DNA from: Alloascoidea hylecoeti
Taxonomy: Eukaryota
Direction of reading: 5' to 3'
Assembly (NCBI GenBank): GCA_001600815.1
Contig: BCKZ01000006.1
Location: 496,001 to 539,899, forward strand
Length of the DNA: 43,899 bases
The notes below the pieces were generated by a model. The model made no database searches. It was not told the DNA's origin and was given only the letters and a program-made list of their open reading frames with translations. This document shows positions 1 to 11,891 of this stretch, piece after piece. The first letter of the stretch is position 1; each line of letters opens with the position of its first letter. The position numbers were made by a program, and so were the translations under genes.

Positions 1-1
1 C

Positions 2-463
2 TTATACACTCCACATGCACATTCATATACATCATCATCGTCAAACTCCCATCATCACTCATATTCAAGAAGCAATGGTAATATCAGTCTCCCAAGTCCC
101 TTAAATGAATCCAGCAGTCCTAATGGAGGTAACGCTGGTGGTAGTGATGAACAACTAGAAGAGCATATATCATTCCCAGGAGATATGGTTGGATGTCTAA
201 TTGGTAAGAGAGGAAGTAAGATACAAGAAATCCGACGGGTCTCAGGAGCCAGGATTTCTATTGCACAGGAGAATGACCAAGAATCTGGAGAAAGAAGCTT
301 CACAATTACAGGAAGTGCGGCAGCCACGGAACGAGCATTAAAGTTGCTGTATGATCAATTGGAAGAAGAAAAGATTAAACGAACTCAGCAGCAACATTCA
401 GACGAAGAACACGGGGATAGTCTCGAGCCTCTTGTCGGGAGTGTTGATCAATTGAAGATTTGA
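2..463 (+). CDS. KH-domain RNA-binding protein (hnRNP K / Hek2-Pbp2 family), 5'-partial
   Basis: Frame open from window edge; C-terminal KH domain ISFPGDMVGCLIGKRGSKIQEIRRVSGARISI...ERSFTITGS with GxxG loop; stop at 461-463. Confidence 0.85.
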   Translation, partial: LYTPHAHSYTSSSSNSHHHSYSRSNGNISLPSPLNESSSPNGGNAGGSDEQLEEHISFPGDMVGCLIGKRGSKIQEIRRVSGARISIAQENDQESGERSFTITGSAAATERALKLLYDQLEEEKIKRTQQQHSDEEHGDSLEPLVGSVDQLKI

Positions 464-649
464 TGATAAATCAATAAGACAAGTACTGTTTTGATTGTAT
501 ATTTTTTATTTATTTCCACTTTTAATTTTTGTTTACTATGAATTAATTTATTTAGTATGATTAATATTAGTTGCACCCGTACACCCGTCCCTGTTTAAGT
601 TTAAATTTGAAGTTGACTTATGTAGATAGATTTTCTTAATTAAAAAGCG

Positions 650-1979
650 ATGGGTTCAGCCACAGAAATGGATCTGGACGAAACCACTCCAACCCCGGAG
701 ACGAACTCGGAAATGAACTCAGAGACGGATTCTCTGCTGAGGGAAATGAACGAAAGGGCCCAAAGTATGTTGAAATTTTATTTTTGTGTACTCACTGGCC
801 AAAACTCTAATAGAATAAGAAATTGCGCTGTCTCTGCCGGACGACGCTACTGCCCGTTTAAACTCGATGTGTCTTCATCAGCCAAATAATCGTTTTTCGC
901 AGGCTCACAGAAACAGATTCGCACAGATGGACTCCATCGCTTCTCATTATTCGGTAAGGTTCCGTCCCAGGCCTCCGAACAGATCCTTCAGATCCAACAA
1001 ACCCAGTAATGACGTGACAATGACCGACTCCTTCACAATCACTCCAGACGGTAAAAGGGCCATCAACCTTCATAATAGACCAGCAAGTCCTTCAAAGAGA
1101 AGAAGAATCAAAAGTATTATTCACGAAGATGTTTCAAGCGGTAAATACGATATTTTTGGTAATCGTGTATCACCTTCATCTTCTTCGTCTTCTTCTTCTT
1201 CTTCAACGAAACCCCCTCCAAACGTTCCTGTAACAAAGCCTTCTCTTATACCCCTTCCAAAGAATACATCTTCTACCATCGAACAAGATGATAAAAATAT
1301 TGATTCTGTGATTGAAAGATTAGCTTCTCTTCCTTGTGCCCCTAAAACTATCATTAAAGACTCGTCCATTCAAAAACCTTCACGCGCATTAAGTTTTAAA
1401 AAATTACAATCTTTACCAAGCACCCCTAAATTAATTAAAGAACCTTCCAGATTGCCAACTTTGACAAAACAAAAATCTATGGAATTACCTTTGACTACAA
1501 GGCCTTTAAATTCGAGTTCCCGTTCAACTTCACCCACAAGATCCAAGTCAACTACTATGAATATTTTCCCCACAACAACGCATAATCCCTTTCAAATTCC
1601 AATTACTCCAAAATCAAAAACAAATTCCGGGATCCCGAGAGTATTACATTCAGCAACTCCACGGTTACCTTCTGAATTTCAGAGATCTCGTTTTTTACAT
1701 CCAGATTCTTCTTTATCTTTACAAAATAATAATCCATCTTCCCCAATAAGACCAATCTCTTCAAATGCTATGACTAAAATACCAACAAGAAGTCCTAAAA
1801 AGCCACAATCATCATTATCATCATTATCATCATTATCATCATCAAAATCTTTACATACGCATACAAAATCAAATTCTATATCGAAATCTTCAAAGCCGAA
1901 ATCTTTTTCTTCCTCTTTGTTTGCATCTGGTAATACTACACCAAAGAAAACTTCATCATTTAATAAATTATGGAAATGA
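650..1979 (+). CDS. Basic Ser/Thr/Pro-rich protein, probably two exons (650-764, ~820-1979); possible She1/NuSAP-like spindle protein
   Basis: ATG 650, donor GTATGT at 765; acceptor AAG at 817-819 joins in frame to the 867-1979 ORF; short motif RFSQAHRNRFAQMDSIASHY followed by low-complexity basic tail. Confidence 0.6.
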
Positions 1980-2354
1980 TTATCTTTTTTTGTTGATTAA
2001 TTAAATATAGTGTCATCATTTTTTTTATTCATATTTATTATTTTCATATTTATATATTTTCAAATACATATATATATAGCATCATAATATAAACTGTTAA
2101 GTTATTGATCGTTCATAAATATTAATATTTGGTTAAGGTTCGTAATGTAAAATTAGGTATCAGGGAATAAGAAATTCGTCCAAATGAACAGCCTAGTTGG
2201 TATGAAAACACAGATAGATTGACCCATCTTCACAGAGTGAATTCCATGTTTCGTGTGCAAGGATGTATTCTGCATTAAAGGATAGTAATTTGCTATAAAT
2301 GATAGTGAGATAAATCTTTTGTCTGCTACGTTCAATCCTAAACTCCGATAAAAT

Positions 2355-4089
2355 ATGTCCTCGGGAAGAAGATTATCTGTCATCGATTTGGTGAGTGGAC
2401 CTAATGAACAGGTGAGTTTCTTCTTTATCCTTGGAAACACTATATGGGTTTTAACTCATTTTTTACATCTAGTCCCCATTAATTCGAACCCGTACTTTAT
2501 CAACGTCGGGAAATAGGCCATTCAAACTCCCTTCAAGGGTTGGGTCAGTTTCCGCAGGAGGAAGACGCGCTTCATTTTTACCATTGATTGAATCATATAC
2601 TTCAAATTTAAATAGAGCTGACGTCCTTCATGAATTGAGACCTTTTAGGTTAATTGGTTTAAGCCGGAGTCTTCGAGATTGGGATAAATTGAAGAAATCT
2701 GATGATGAATTAAATGAAGCACCTAAAAAGCTTCGAAACTTTTATGATAATCAAAATGAATTGATTGAAAGATATTTATCAATTGATCGTTTATTAGATT
2801 CAGGAATTCAAATAAATATGTTAAAAGTTTATGATTCAATTTCTCATAATAGTAATAATTCAAGAACTAATCAAGTTCCAGGAAATGTTGATCAAGAAAG
2901 TTCATCTTTTATACCAAATAGTCAAGAAGATTCACAAACGGTTTATATTGCAATTATGATTAATTTTGCAATTAATATTTTTTTATTAGGTGGAAAAGGT
3001 GTAACTGCTTTTTTAACAAGTTCAATGTCAATTATTGCTTCTTTAGTTGATTCGTTTTTAGATTTTTTATCAACGTTTATAATTTGGGGCAGTAATCAAT
3101 TGGTTGAACATCGAAATTGGTCTTCAAGAAATAAGTGTAAGTTATGGTTTTTTTGTTAACGTTTATTTAACACAGGTTATCCCTAACATTAACTTTTTAG
3201 ATCCCGTTGGTAAAAAACGTCTTGAACCAATTGGTGTTCTTGTCTTCTCAATCATCATAATTATATCTTTCGTTCAAGTTGCATCTCAATCCGTTCAACG
3301 ATTAATAGATGGTACTAGAGAAGCAGTAGCCGTTGGATTTTCTGCAACTTTAATAATGATCGTTACAATAGTTGTTAAACTTATTTGTTATGTATGGTGT
3401 AGAAGTATTAATTCATCTTCTATTCAAGCACTTGCTCAAGATGCTTTAACTGATGTTGTTTTTAAGTATGTTTTATAATTACTCTCTTGTTTTTCTGTGA
3501 TACTAACATTAATATTATTAGTACTTTTTCAATTCTAATCCCATTGGTTGGTCATCATTTTAATATATGGTGGTTTGATCCCTTTGGTGCTTTAGCTCTA
3601 TCAATCTATATAATCATTTCATGGGGCCAAACGTATGTATTCTTTCCATTATCACCAAAAAGTAATAATATTAACTATTTAAATTTACAATAGCGCTTTT
3701 CAACACATTGAAAATTTAACAGGTGCAAGAGCAGATCAAGAAGATATACAAATGATTTTATACTTGGCAATGAGATTTTCAGATTCGATTAAAGAAATTA
3801 GCATATTAAATGTTTATCATGTTGGTGATGGATTAAATGTTGAAATGGATGTTGTATTTGATGAAAAATTGGTATTAAAAGATGCTCATGATTTAGCTGA
3901 AACTTTACAATATGCTATTGAAACTTTACCAATGGTTGAAAGGGCTTTTGTTCATTTGGAGTATGTATTCTTTTTTTTTTTTTTTTTTTTTGCATTAAAT
4001 TTAAAGTTGACAATTAATTATATCTAACCTTTTTATTTTATCTGTTTAGCTACCGTCCTGATAATTTTACTGGTCATGTTCCTCAATAA
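2355..4089 (+). CDS. Cation diffusion facilitator (CDF/MTP-type) metal transporter, 6 exons: 2355-2411, 2473-3136, 3201-3465, 3522-3632, 3694-3960, 4050-4089
   Basis: All five introns GT..AG with frame preserved (donors GTGAGT/GTAAGT/GTATGT, TACTAAC at 3501); motifs ASLVDSFLDFLS, YPVGKKRLEPIG, ALAQDALTDV, WWFDPFG, AHDLAETLQ, VERAFVHLDY. Confidence 0.92.
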
Positions 4090-4334
4090 TATAATCATCA
4101 ACTATAATAATTGGAATCACTACTTACACGAACGTAATATATAGAGAAAATCCATTTTATAAGATATCGATAGTAGTTGTAAATCTTTTAAAAGTTTTTC
4201 ACCATGGTCCACTGCCATATATAAACCTCATGATCATGATTCATGACTATACAATTACATTTAAACTTACAAAAATAAATAGAGAAGAATAATTAAACAG
4301 TTTTTATTAAATTAAGAACATATGACTATTAAAT

Positions 4335-5501
4335 TTACTCAATATCCTTCTTAAGAGTTCCCAAGAAAGCATGTTTTTCAGCAGGTGTTTGGAATCTACC
4401 TTTACCAAATTTGGAAGCAGTATCAATCCATTTTAATTCAACCTTTTCTAAAGCACGTCTTGATGTGTCCTTGTATAAAGATTTTCTTAATGTTAAAACT
4501 CTCTTCTTAATACCTGGAGTAGAACCTTTAACAATGACGAAATCATTATTAATTTCACCGTATCTAACGAAACCACCTAATGGAGTAATTGTCTTTTGAG
4601 TTCTATCGAAAGCAGTAGCACCACTGTTTTCATCACCAGCTTTACCAATTCTGTAAATTTTGTGGTTAACAGAAGTTCTGTGATGATAACCGTTTTGACC
4701 GGCACGGGCAACTGTGGTTTGAACGTGGGCTGGATGCCAAGCACCAATACAGGCAACTTTTCTTAAACCTCTGTGTGTCTTTCTTGGAAGTTTCTTGGTA
4801 CCCCATCTGTGTGTAACACCTTCGAAACCATGACCCTTGGTGACAGCAATAACGTCAATCATTTCGTCTTGTTCAAAGACGGCATCGACAGAAACGGTCT
4901 TCTCGAAATGATCTCTGGCCCAGTCAACCTTTTCAGAGATTGAACCACCATTGATTTGGATTTCAGCCAAATGTGCTTTCTTTTGTGATAATGGAGTTTT
5001 TCTAATTTGAGTGTGTGCTAAAACTCGGATGACAGTTGATCTCTTCTTGATGCTTTCTAATTTCTCAGAAACGGCAGCACCACCTTCAGCGTATTGTGAA
5101 GCATATTTGGAGAAAGCCTTCTTCTTTGATTTGTACCAGTTCTTGTAGAAACGTCTTTTAACTTCATCAGAAAGATGTTCGGCCCAGACAGTTCCAATTG
5201 ATCTCAAACCTCTTGGGGTTTCAGCATAACCAACAACACCGACAACAACAAGTGGTGGAGTGTCGACAATTGTAACGGCTTCAACAACTTCACGCTTGTG
5301 CATCTTGGAACCAGGTCTGTCTAAATCTCTGACAATTGTAGTCATACCAGCTTTGTAACCGAGGAAAGCAGTCAAAGCAACAGATTTAGATTTATCATCT
5401 TTTGGGAATGACTTAACCTTACCTCTGTGTCTAGCAGCTCTCTTTCTTGGGCGGAATCCAAGGGATCCGTGTCTTGGTGCTTCAAACTTTCTGTGAGACA
5501 T
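4335..5501 (-). CDS. RPL3: 60S ribosomal protein L3 (uL3)
   Basis: [16 protein letters not shown] start, [22 protein letters not shown]; 388 aa, intronless. Confidence 0.99.
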   Translation of the reverse strand: MSHRKFEAPRHGSLGFRPRKRAARHRGKVKSFPKDDKSKSVALTAFLGYKAGMTTIVRDLDRPGSKMHKREVVEAVTIVDTPPLVVVGVVGYAETPRGLRSIGTVWAEHLSDEVKRRFYKNWYKSKKKAFSKYASQYAEGGAAVSEKLESIKKRSTVIRVLAHTQIRKTPLSQKKAHLAEIQINGGSISEKVDWARDHFEKTVSVDAVFEQDEMIDVIAVTKGHGFEGVTHRWGTKKLPRKTHRGLRKVACIGAWHPAHVQTTVARAGQNGYHHRTSVNHKIYRIGKAGDENSGATAFDRTQKTITPLGGFVRYGEINNDFVIVKGSTPGIKKRVLTLRKSLYKDTSRRALEKVELKWIDTASKFGKGRFQTPAEKHAFLGTLKKDIE

Positions 5502-5605
5502 TGTTGTTGATGTGATGAAGATGGGAATTGCAAAAAGAAAAGTTTCAATGTATATTAATTAGAATCTATTTCTTCATTGGGATTGTGACTGCTGATAAAC
5601 GTGTG

Positions 5606-5648
5606 AGCCCTAATGTGCATGATATTACCCGGATGTCATTATCACGTG
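5606..5648. promoter_or_regulatory. RPL3 promoter: Tbf1-like, Reb1-like and Cbf1 sites
   Basis: AGCCCTAA (=TTAGGGCT) 5606-5613, TTACCCGG 5625-5632, TCACGTG 5642-5648, 105-150 bp upstream of the RPL3 ATG. Confidence 0.6.
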
Positions 5649-5717
5649 CTGATTTTTTAGAACTATTTGAACTCTATTTATAAATTATATATCGTGAATC
5701 AACGGAATATTAAAACT

Positions 5718-6433
5718 ATTTCTACTGAACCCCAGCAAAACCAACAATCTAAACTAATTAAAGAACGATCACCACCTCTTCATATCACAACCTCCATCAC
5801 ACTTAGCCCTGGAGGAAGAGATATCCTCTCATGTAAGTATCCCCATCCCAAACATCTATAGAGATAATTAACTGATTAAATTGGGCACTTTTATATATAT
5901 ACCTTTTCTGCCAGATTTGCCTTCAACATTCGAATTACGAAGGAAACAGTGGAAATGATAGTTTTTGGTTAACTCCGTGGCCATATTATGTTCAAATCAT
6001 GTTGTTGGAGGACAATTTAATTCAAAACATTGCAAACATGAAAATTACCCTGTCCAGTTTGTAATGGTGAGGTTTCAGTTATTGGTTTAAATTCAAATGT
6101 ATTAATTTTTCACCCTATTATTAATAAATGTCAATAAATATTGATATTTACTTATAGCTACCTTTGGAATTAGCTCCTTATTTCGAGCCTTTTACTCGAC
6201 CTTTGGAATCTTTATTCGCATCAGCAAAAGTAGGTATGCAATTCTATTAACAATGGTAATAACATTGATATGAATAGTTTCAATACAGCAATCTTATAAA
6301 TCTAATAAATCATCAAAAGAGAGTAATTATGATATTACGTTCAAAAGTAACTGATCAAAGCAAAGTAATATTAATGAACTTGTTATGGCCAGAGCTCGAG
6401 ATTGAAAAAAGTACTAGCACTTTTCAATCCTAA
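5718..6433 (+). pseudogene. CST9: Degenerate spliced Zip3/Cst9 (RNF212-type) meiotic RING E3 ligase pseudogene
   Basis: Fragments in order: CQIC...FWLTP-/GHI/-CSNH.../CPVCNGEVSVIGLNSN, intron 6099-6157, LPLELAPYFEPFTRPLESLFASAK, intron 6230-6277, FQYSNL..LRSKV..QSKVI; at least 3 frameshifts in the RING exon, no in-frame ATG (ATT at 5718). Confidence 0.8.
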
Positions 6434-6688
6434 ATTTTATATTACTATTTATTTGTAACTGGTACACATAAATAAACTGCAATCTAACTAAAGATTATTA
6501 AGTTTCATATTAGATTTTTTTTCATAATGAAAATCTTATTAATTTCTTACCAATTATATTGCCATTAGCAAATTTCTGCCCGTATAACTTTTCGGTACCA
6601 GTGTTGGAAATCCAGATCATTAATTGTAAATAATTTACTGTTCCAGATATAATTATTTGTTATTCTTGTTCATATCCTTTATTTCATA

Positions 6689-6967
6689 TCAGAGTCTCAA
6701 TAATTTATGATGCTGTTGAAGAATAACTATGAGCCACTGTTGTAAACCGAAAACATAGCTGAGATATCCGGCCAAACAAAAGCCAAGGTAAGCTCCGGGA
6801 ATATACAAAAAAGCCCACATTGGGTCAAAATCTTCGATGGCAGAACTTGTATCAACAGAAAGGGCATCGGTTGATCCGTTAACGCTGCCAGAATTAGCCT
6901 TTAACGTGGCGGCGGAGACCAAAATAAGACAGGTACTAACAATGGTAAGAAATAATTTTAAAATCAT
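6689..6967 (-). CDS. Small orphan protein with signal peptide and one predicted TM helix
   Basis: 92 aa; hydrophobic N-terminus MILKLFLTIVSTCLILVSAA, Ser/Asn-rich spacer, hydrophobic WAFLYIPGAYLGFCLAGYLSYVFG. Confidence 0.5.
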   Translation of the reverse strand: MILKLFLTIVSTCLILVSAATLKANSGSVNGSTDALSVDTSSAIEDFDPMWAFLYIPGAYLGFCLAGYLSYVFGLQQWLIVILQQHHKLLRL

Positions 6968-7286
6968 GAGTGGTGATAGTGAAGAGGAAGAAGAAGTAAA
7001 TAATTTACAAGAAGGTTTTATTTATACCTTACATATTTACTATTATTATGTATATCTAGTTATCAACTTCATCATTAATGGCATTGCAGGCCATTTGCAA
7101 TGGCTTATATATATGTAAAAATTATAAATGAAGTTTAATTGCACGTGATTGAGATGAGATGCATATGCATATCATCGTATAATATAAAAAATCCCAAACC
7201 TTTCAGCCTTGAAACACCTATCATAAATGATCAAATTTCAGAGTCTTCAAATTTATTATTACATAAAATAATATGACACTTTTATA

Positions 7287-7973
7287 TTATACATCTGGAA
7301 ATCCGTATGGACATGAATCATGATCAATGCTCACTTTTATTGCTGCCAAAGCGGATGTGAGGATATGAAGCGCAACAGAAGCTGATGTTATATTAAATGT
7401 ATATTTAAGGGAGGGATATGCAAATAATGTAAGCAAGAAAACTGAAAAATTAAGAAATAAAATCTCTCTAATACATGATAAAAATATGTATTTTTTTTGA
7501 GTCAAGACGTCAAGAACAATGCCGATTATAAAAATAGTAATTGGGCCTATATAAAGAACGTAGAAAAGTATGTCGCCGGCACTCACAAAAGAACTTTTCT
7601 CTTTAAATGTCCCAATTTTTTTTTGAGCCCTAAGATCTTTCTTTGGGGTTGGTTGTACAAAATGATTTTTCATCAAAATCAGGAATATCCAAATTTTTAT
7701 CATTGTTAATTACAGTTGTAGTTGATACATTGGACTTTGGTGAATCTTTAATGGCGTCTCCCGATTTTACCATCGTTTTATCTGAGTGTACCATTGATTC
7801 CTTCTCTTTCTTGAGAATATCAGACTGTGGCAATTCAGGATCATCACTTGATCTATAGAAGTATTCAATTCATCCAATACTTCATTTAAATCAACTTTTG
7901 ATGATGATAAAGGCTTTGATTTAAGTTCATCAATTTTATCATTCAATTTATTATTTTTATTTGAATAAAATAA
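7287..7973 (-). pseudogene. Disrupted continuation of the Gag-like ORF ending in a multi-TM segment
   Basis: Gag frame stays open ~68 codons past its TAA, overlapped by ORF 7630-7833, then ORF 7287-7703 with 2-3 hydrophobic helices. Confidence 0.5.
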
Positions 7974-8732
7974 TTATAAACCGGTAATTCTCCTCTTAAT
8001 TCTTTTACAAAAATCTTTATATTCCGGATTATAACCAATAAATTCACAATTATTTAAATATGATATTTTAGCATTGATTAAATCATAATTATCTTCAATC
8101 CAAGTTGATCTAAATAAATTAGTTTTAATCTTATTAGAAATTTCTTCATCCATTTTTGTTAATAATAAAAACTTAGAATCAACATCATTAAAAAATTCAA
8201 TAATTTCATTCTTATTCATATTAATATTTAATTTTTTTGATAAAAGATATTTATAAATTTCAAATGAATCTTCTAAACCAACTTCATCATATCTTTCAAC
8301 TAAACATTTAATAATTCCATTAATTGTTTTTAAATTTCTAATAATTATTGAATCTTCTTTTGATAAACTATTTAAAATCATTGAACGTAAAATATGAAGA
8401 TTTTTTCTATGAGAAGAATCAGATACTTCTGATATTTTATAATCAAGATATTTGTTACATAATCCAAGAGCTTCTGCATTACATTTAACAGAGTCGATAT
8501 AGTTATCAATACCTCCATAAGACTCTATATCCTTCAACTTAATAATTTCAGGATGCGATTCGAATGAATTAACATTATGGTCAGTAGAATCGATATCATT
8601 ATGAACAGACTCAAGAGGTGTCATCTCCGACGAAGTAGATGCCAAATCATTATCAAAAACCTCATCCGAAACAGAAAATGCCTTGTTCAATTTTGTTTTA
8701 TCATTATTTTGGAATTCATCGTTGGGTTTCAT
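7974..8732 (-). mobile_element. Ty1/copia Gag-like (Retrotran_gag_2/UBN2-type) ORF, no pol or clear LTRs
   Basis: LRSMILNSLSKEDSIIIRNLKTINGIIKCLVERYD...YLLSKKL...EIIEFFNDVDSKFLLLTKMDEEISNKIKTNLFRSTWIEDNYD follows the helical pattern of copia Gag capsid domains. Confidence 0.65.
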
Positions 8733-9746
8733 ATTTGTGGGGTAGTGACTTTTCTGAAGAAGCTTTATTAAATACTTTGGACTAATTGTTAGTTTAAATT
8801 ATCTATTCTTGATGGTTGAACTGAACACCAAGATTATAAATTTAACAGAAAAGCCCCATAATAATAATTTCAATAATTCCTTGTAAAAAAAAACGTTTTT
8901 CGAGCACCAATTCCAATGTTAACCCCATGACCAAATTTTGGTAAGGTCAAGTTTAGCTGGAAAATGTAATATGGGCATGATAATATGTCCCATTGTTCAT
9001 AGAATAGTCTAGATTTTTTTATAAAGCTACATTTTTAGTGAAAAGTGAGAAATTGAAAAGATATATCATATTTTATTATGCGACTTCAGCACAAATTTAA
9101 TTATTTAAAACATTCTGAGCATGTAGAGATCTTCTATGATTCCAATATCGAGTGATTAAAACGGAGTTTAAAGCTCGGAACTAGGAAGTTCAATATCAAT
9201 ACAATATGGCTTAGAAGAACCCACAATACTACAAGAATTAAAAATAAAATTAATCAAAGAAGATTTAATTCTGAGATTAAACAGATTAAACAAATTATAA
9301 TGATACTATTTATAATAAATTATATTGGTTTATGGTATAAAAATCACGGTAGATATAGTTATATACATATGTGTATTGTATATTATAATCATGAAAAAGA
9401 ACAGTATATTTAGTTACTGTATAAGCAAAGTTATATATTATACGTAAAATGTAAAGTTAGTATGATTTTAAAGAGAACCTTAAGCTTTATAAATTAAGCC
9501 TATGCGATAATAGTATATCATCAAAATTGCTATATAAAAATGCAAAAATGTTATAAAATTTAATTGATATAAAAAGGTCTATTCCCAGATTAATAATGAT
9601 GATTTATATTTTCTGTTTTCTGTTTTTATTTATTTTTATTTCGTTATACGTTATAATATGTTTTCGTTCATGTGTGATTTTTTAAAGACCAAGTGATTTC
9701 AATTATAACAATTTTTCTTTCTTTACAATCTTGATGATTTTAATTC

Positions 9747-10901
9747 CTATTGTGAATCATCAAACATACCAAGAACAGCTCTAATACAAGTTCCATCATG
9801 CATATAATCAAAAGCTTTATTAATATCATTTAATGGAACACGATGTGTTATAAATTCATCAACATTTAATTTTCCTGTAAGATAATCTTGTACTAAACTA
9901 GGTAATTGAGTTCTACCTTTAACACCACCAAAAGCACTACCTCTCCAAACTCTACCAGTAACCAATTGGAATGGTCTTGTAGAAATTTCTTGTCCAGCAG
10001 CGGCAACACCAATAACAATTGATTGACCCCAACCTTTATGACATGCTTCTAAAGCTTGTCTCATAACATGAACATTTCCAGTACAATCAAATGTAAAATC
10101 AAGACCACCATCGGATAAATCAGTTAATTCAGCAACAATATCTTTACCTTTTGGTAATTTTGTTGGATTTACAAAATCAGTTGCACCAAATTTAAAAGCC
10201 CAATCTTTTTTATCATCATTAATATCAACAACGATAATTTGTTTAACATTTCTTGCTTTTGCACCTTGAACAACAGATAAACCAACACATCCAGCACCAA
10301 AAACAGCAACAGTATCACCTTCTTGAACATTAGCAGTAATTGTAGCAGCACCATAACCAGTAGTAATACCACAACCTAATAAACAAGTTTTATCAAAACC
10401 AGCAGATCTATCAACAGCAACAACAGAAATATCAGTTACAACAGTATATTGAGAAAACCCAGAAACACCCATATAATGTAATAAATCTTTTCCTTTACAT
10501 TTAAATCGAACAGTTCCATCAGGTAAAAGACCTTTACCTTGAGTTGCTCTAATTTTTCCACATAAATTAGTTTTACCAGATTTGCAAAATTTACACTCTC
10601 CACATTCAGGAGTATATAAAGCAATAACATAATCACCAACTTTAACATTAGTTACATCATCACCAACAGATTCAACTACACCAGCAGCTTCATGACCTAA
10701 AACAACAGGAAATTCACCTTCAGCATCTTTACCGGATAATGTATAAGCATCAGTATGACAAACACCACAGTTAACAACTTTAATACGAACTTCATGGGCT
10801 CTTGGAGGTAATACTTCAATTGTTTCAATTGATAAAGGTTTTCCTGCTTCCCAAGCAACAGCTGCTTTACAGGTTATAGTTTTACCAGCGGTTTCTGACA
10901 T
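9747..10901 (-). CDS. SFA1: S-(hydroxymethyl)glutathione dehydrogenase / class III ADH (formaldehyde dehydrogenase)
   Basis: [61 protein letters not shown]. Confidence 0.97.
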   Translation of the reverse strand: MSETAGKTITCKAAVAWEAGKPLSIETIEVLPPRAHEVRIKVVNCGVCHTDAYTLSGKDAEGEFPVVLGHEAAGVVESVGDDVTNVKVGDYVIALYTPECGECKFCKSGKTNLCGKIRATQGKGLLPDGTVRFKCKGKDLLHYMGVSGFSQYTVVTDISVVAVDRSAGFDKTCLLGCGITTGYGAATITANVQEGDTVAVFGAGCVGLSVVQGAKARNVKQIIVVDINDDKKDWAFKFGATDFVNPTKLPKGKDIVAELTDLSDGGLDFTFDCTGNVHVMRQALEACHKGWGQSIVIGVAAAGQEISTRPFQLVTGRVWRGSAFGGVKGRTQLPSLVQDYLTGKLNVDEFITHRVPLNDINKAFDYMHDGTCIRAVLGMFDDSQ

Positions 10902-11124
10902 TTTTTAAATATAATAGTAATTGATATAAATAAGAAGAGGAAGAAAAGAAGAAAAGAAGAAAAGTAATGGATTTTATAATTTTTCAAAGCTTCAAGGATT
11001 TTAGAAACGGTCGGGGTAAAAGTTCCTAAAACGGTAATAGGATGCATATGCTTAATTTTCTTACAAATTATATTTAGTTAAAAAGTAGTAAAATGTTACT
11101 ATCATATCAAGTTAAATAGTATTA

Positions 11125-11880
11125 TTAATTTATATGATTTATCAAATGGGAAATGATTGGTTTGTTTATAAAAAAAAAAAAGTTATATATATTGCGATAT
11201 ATGTAAGGAAAATTTGCTAACATAAAATAATTAGTATAAAATCTATAAAATTTCGGCCATTTATTCTAACTTTTGTTTATAGAGTAGATCTGTTCAACGT
11301 TGCGATATGATTCGATGATATCTAGTTTATCAAATGTGAGATGACTGGTTTTTTAGACAAAAGGTTATGATTACGATGTTTGTATACGTATTTGCGAAGA
11401 TAAATAATATAGGAAATAAACTAGTCAGGTTTATGTAACTTTCGGCCACTTATTCCAAATTAGCGATTTGTTTCATGTGATAACTAGCTAGTGGGTTCAA
11501 TAATGAAAAAAAATAAGGTTATGACATATTTAAAGTAGAAAAGTTTGACCGTATCTACCAGGTAAATAAAAAATAACTATATAGTCAATACTATACAACT
11601 TTCGACCACTTATTATACCAAATATGCGATCGATGTAAATCTGTTCAAACTTGTGTTACTAGTGTTCAGTAATATATAATTTATCAAATGAGAAATGATT
11701 GTGATAAATGAAAGAGTTATAGCAAAATTTTTAACGTAAATAATTAGTTGGGTCTATATAAAATTTGGCCACTTATTCCAATAGGTTTGTTCAATAATAT
11801 AATTAAGATTCATAAAATAGGAAATGATTAAGAAAAAAAGGTTATATGTATAGTAAATTGGCTATCATAAATAATTGTAG
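11125..11880. repeat. Degenerate tandem array, ~4-5 units of ~160-190 bp
   Basis: TTYGRCCAYTTATT core at ~11252, 11441, 11601, 11764; TTATCAAATG.GA.ATGA.T at ~11139, 11327, 11681; ATCTGTTCAA at ~11288, 11639. Confidence 0.75.
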
Positions 11881-11891
11881 AATGAATTAAT

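Noticed and set aside
8840..9300. Possible PBS (minus-strand TTATGGGGCT near 8860) and LTR upstream of the Gag-like ORF
   Set aside because: Only a partial match to the copia/Ty5 half-tRNA PBS and no TG..CA repeat pair found
11125..11880. CRISPR-like interpretation of the repeat array
   Set aside because: Eukaryotic context, degenerate repeats, spacers are themselves homologous, no cas genes
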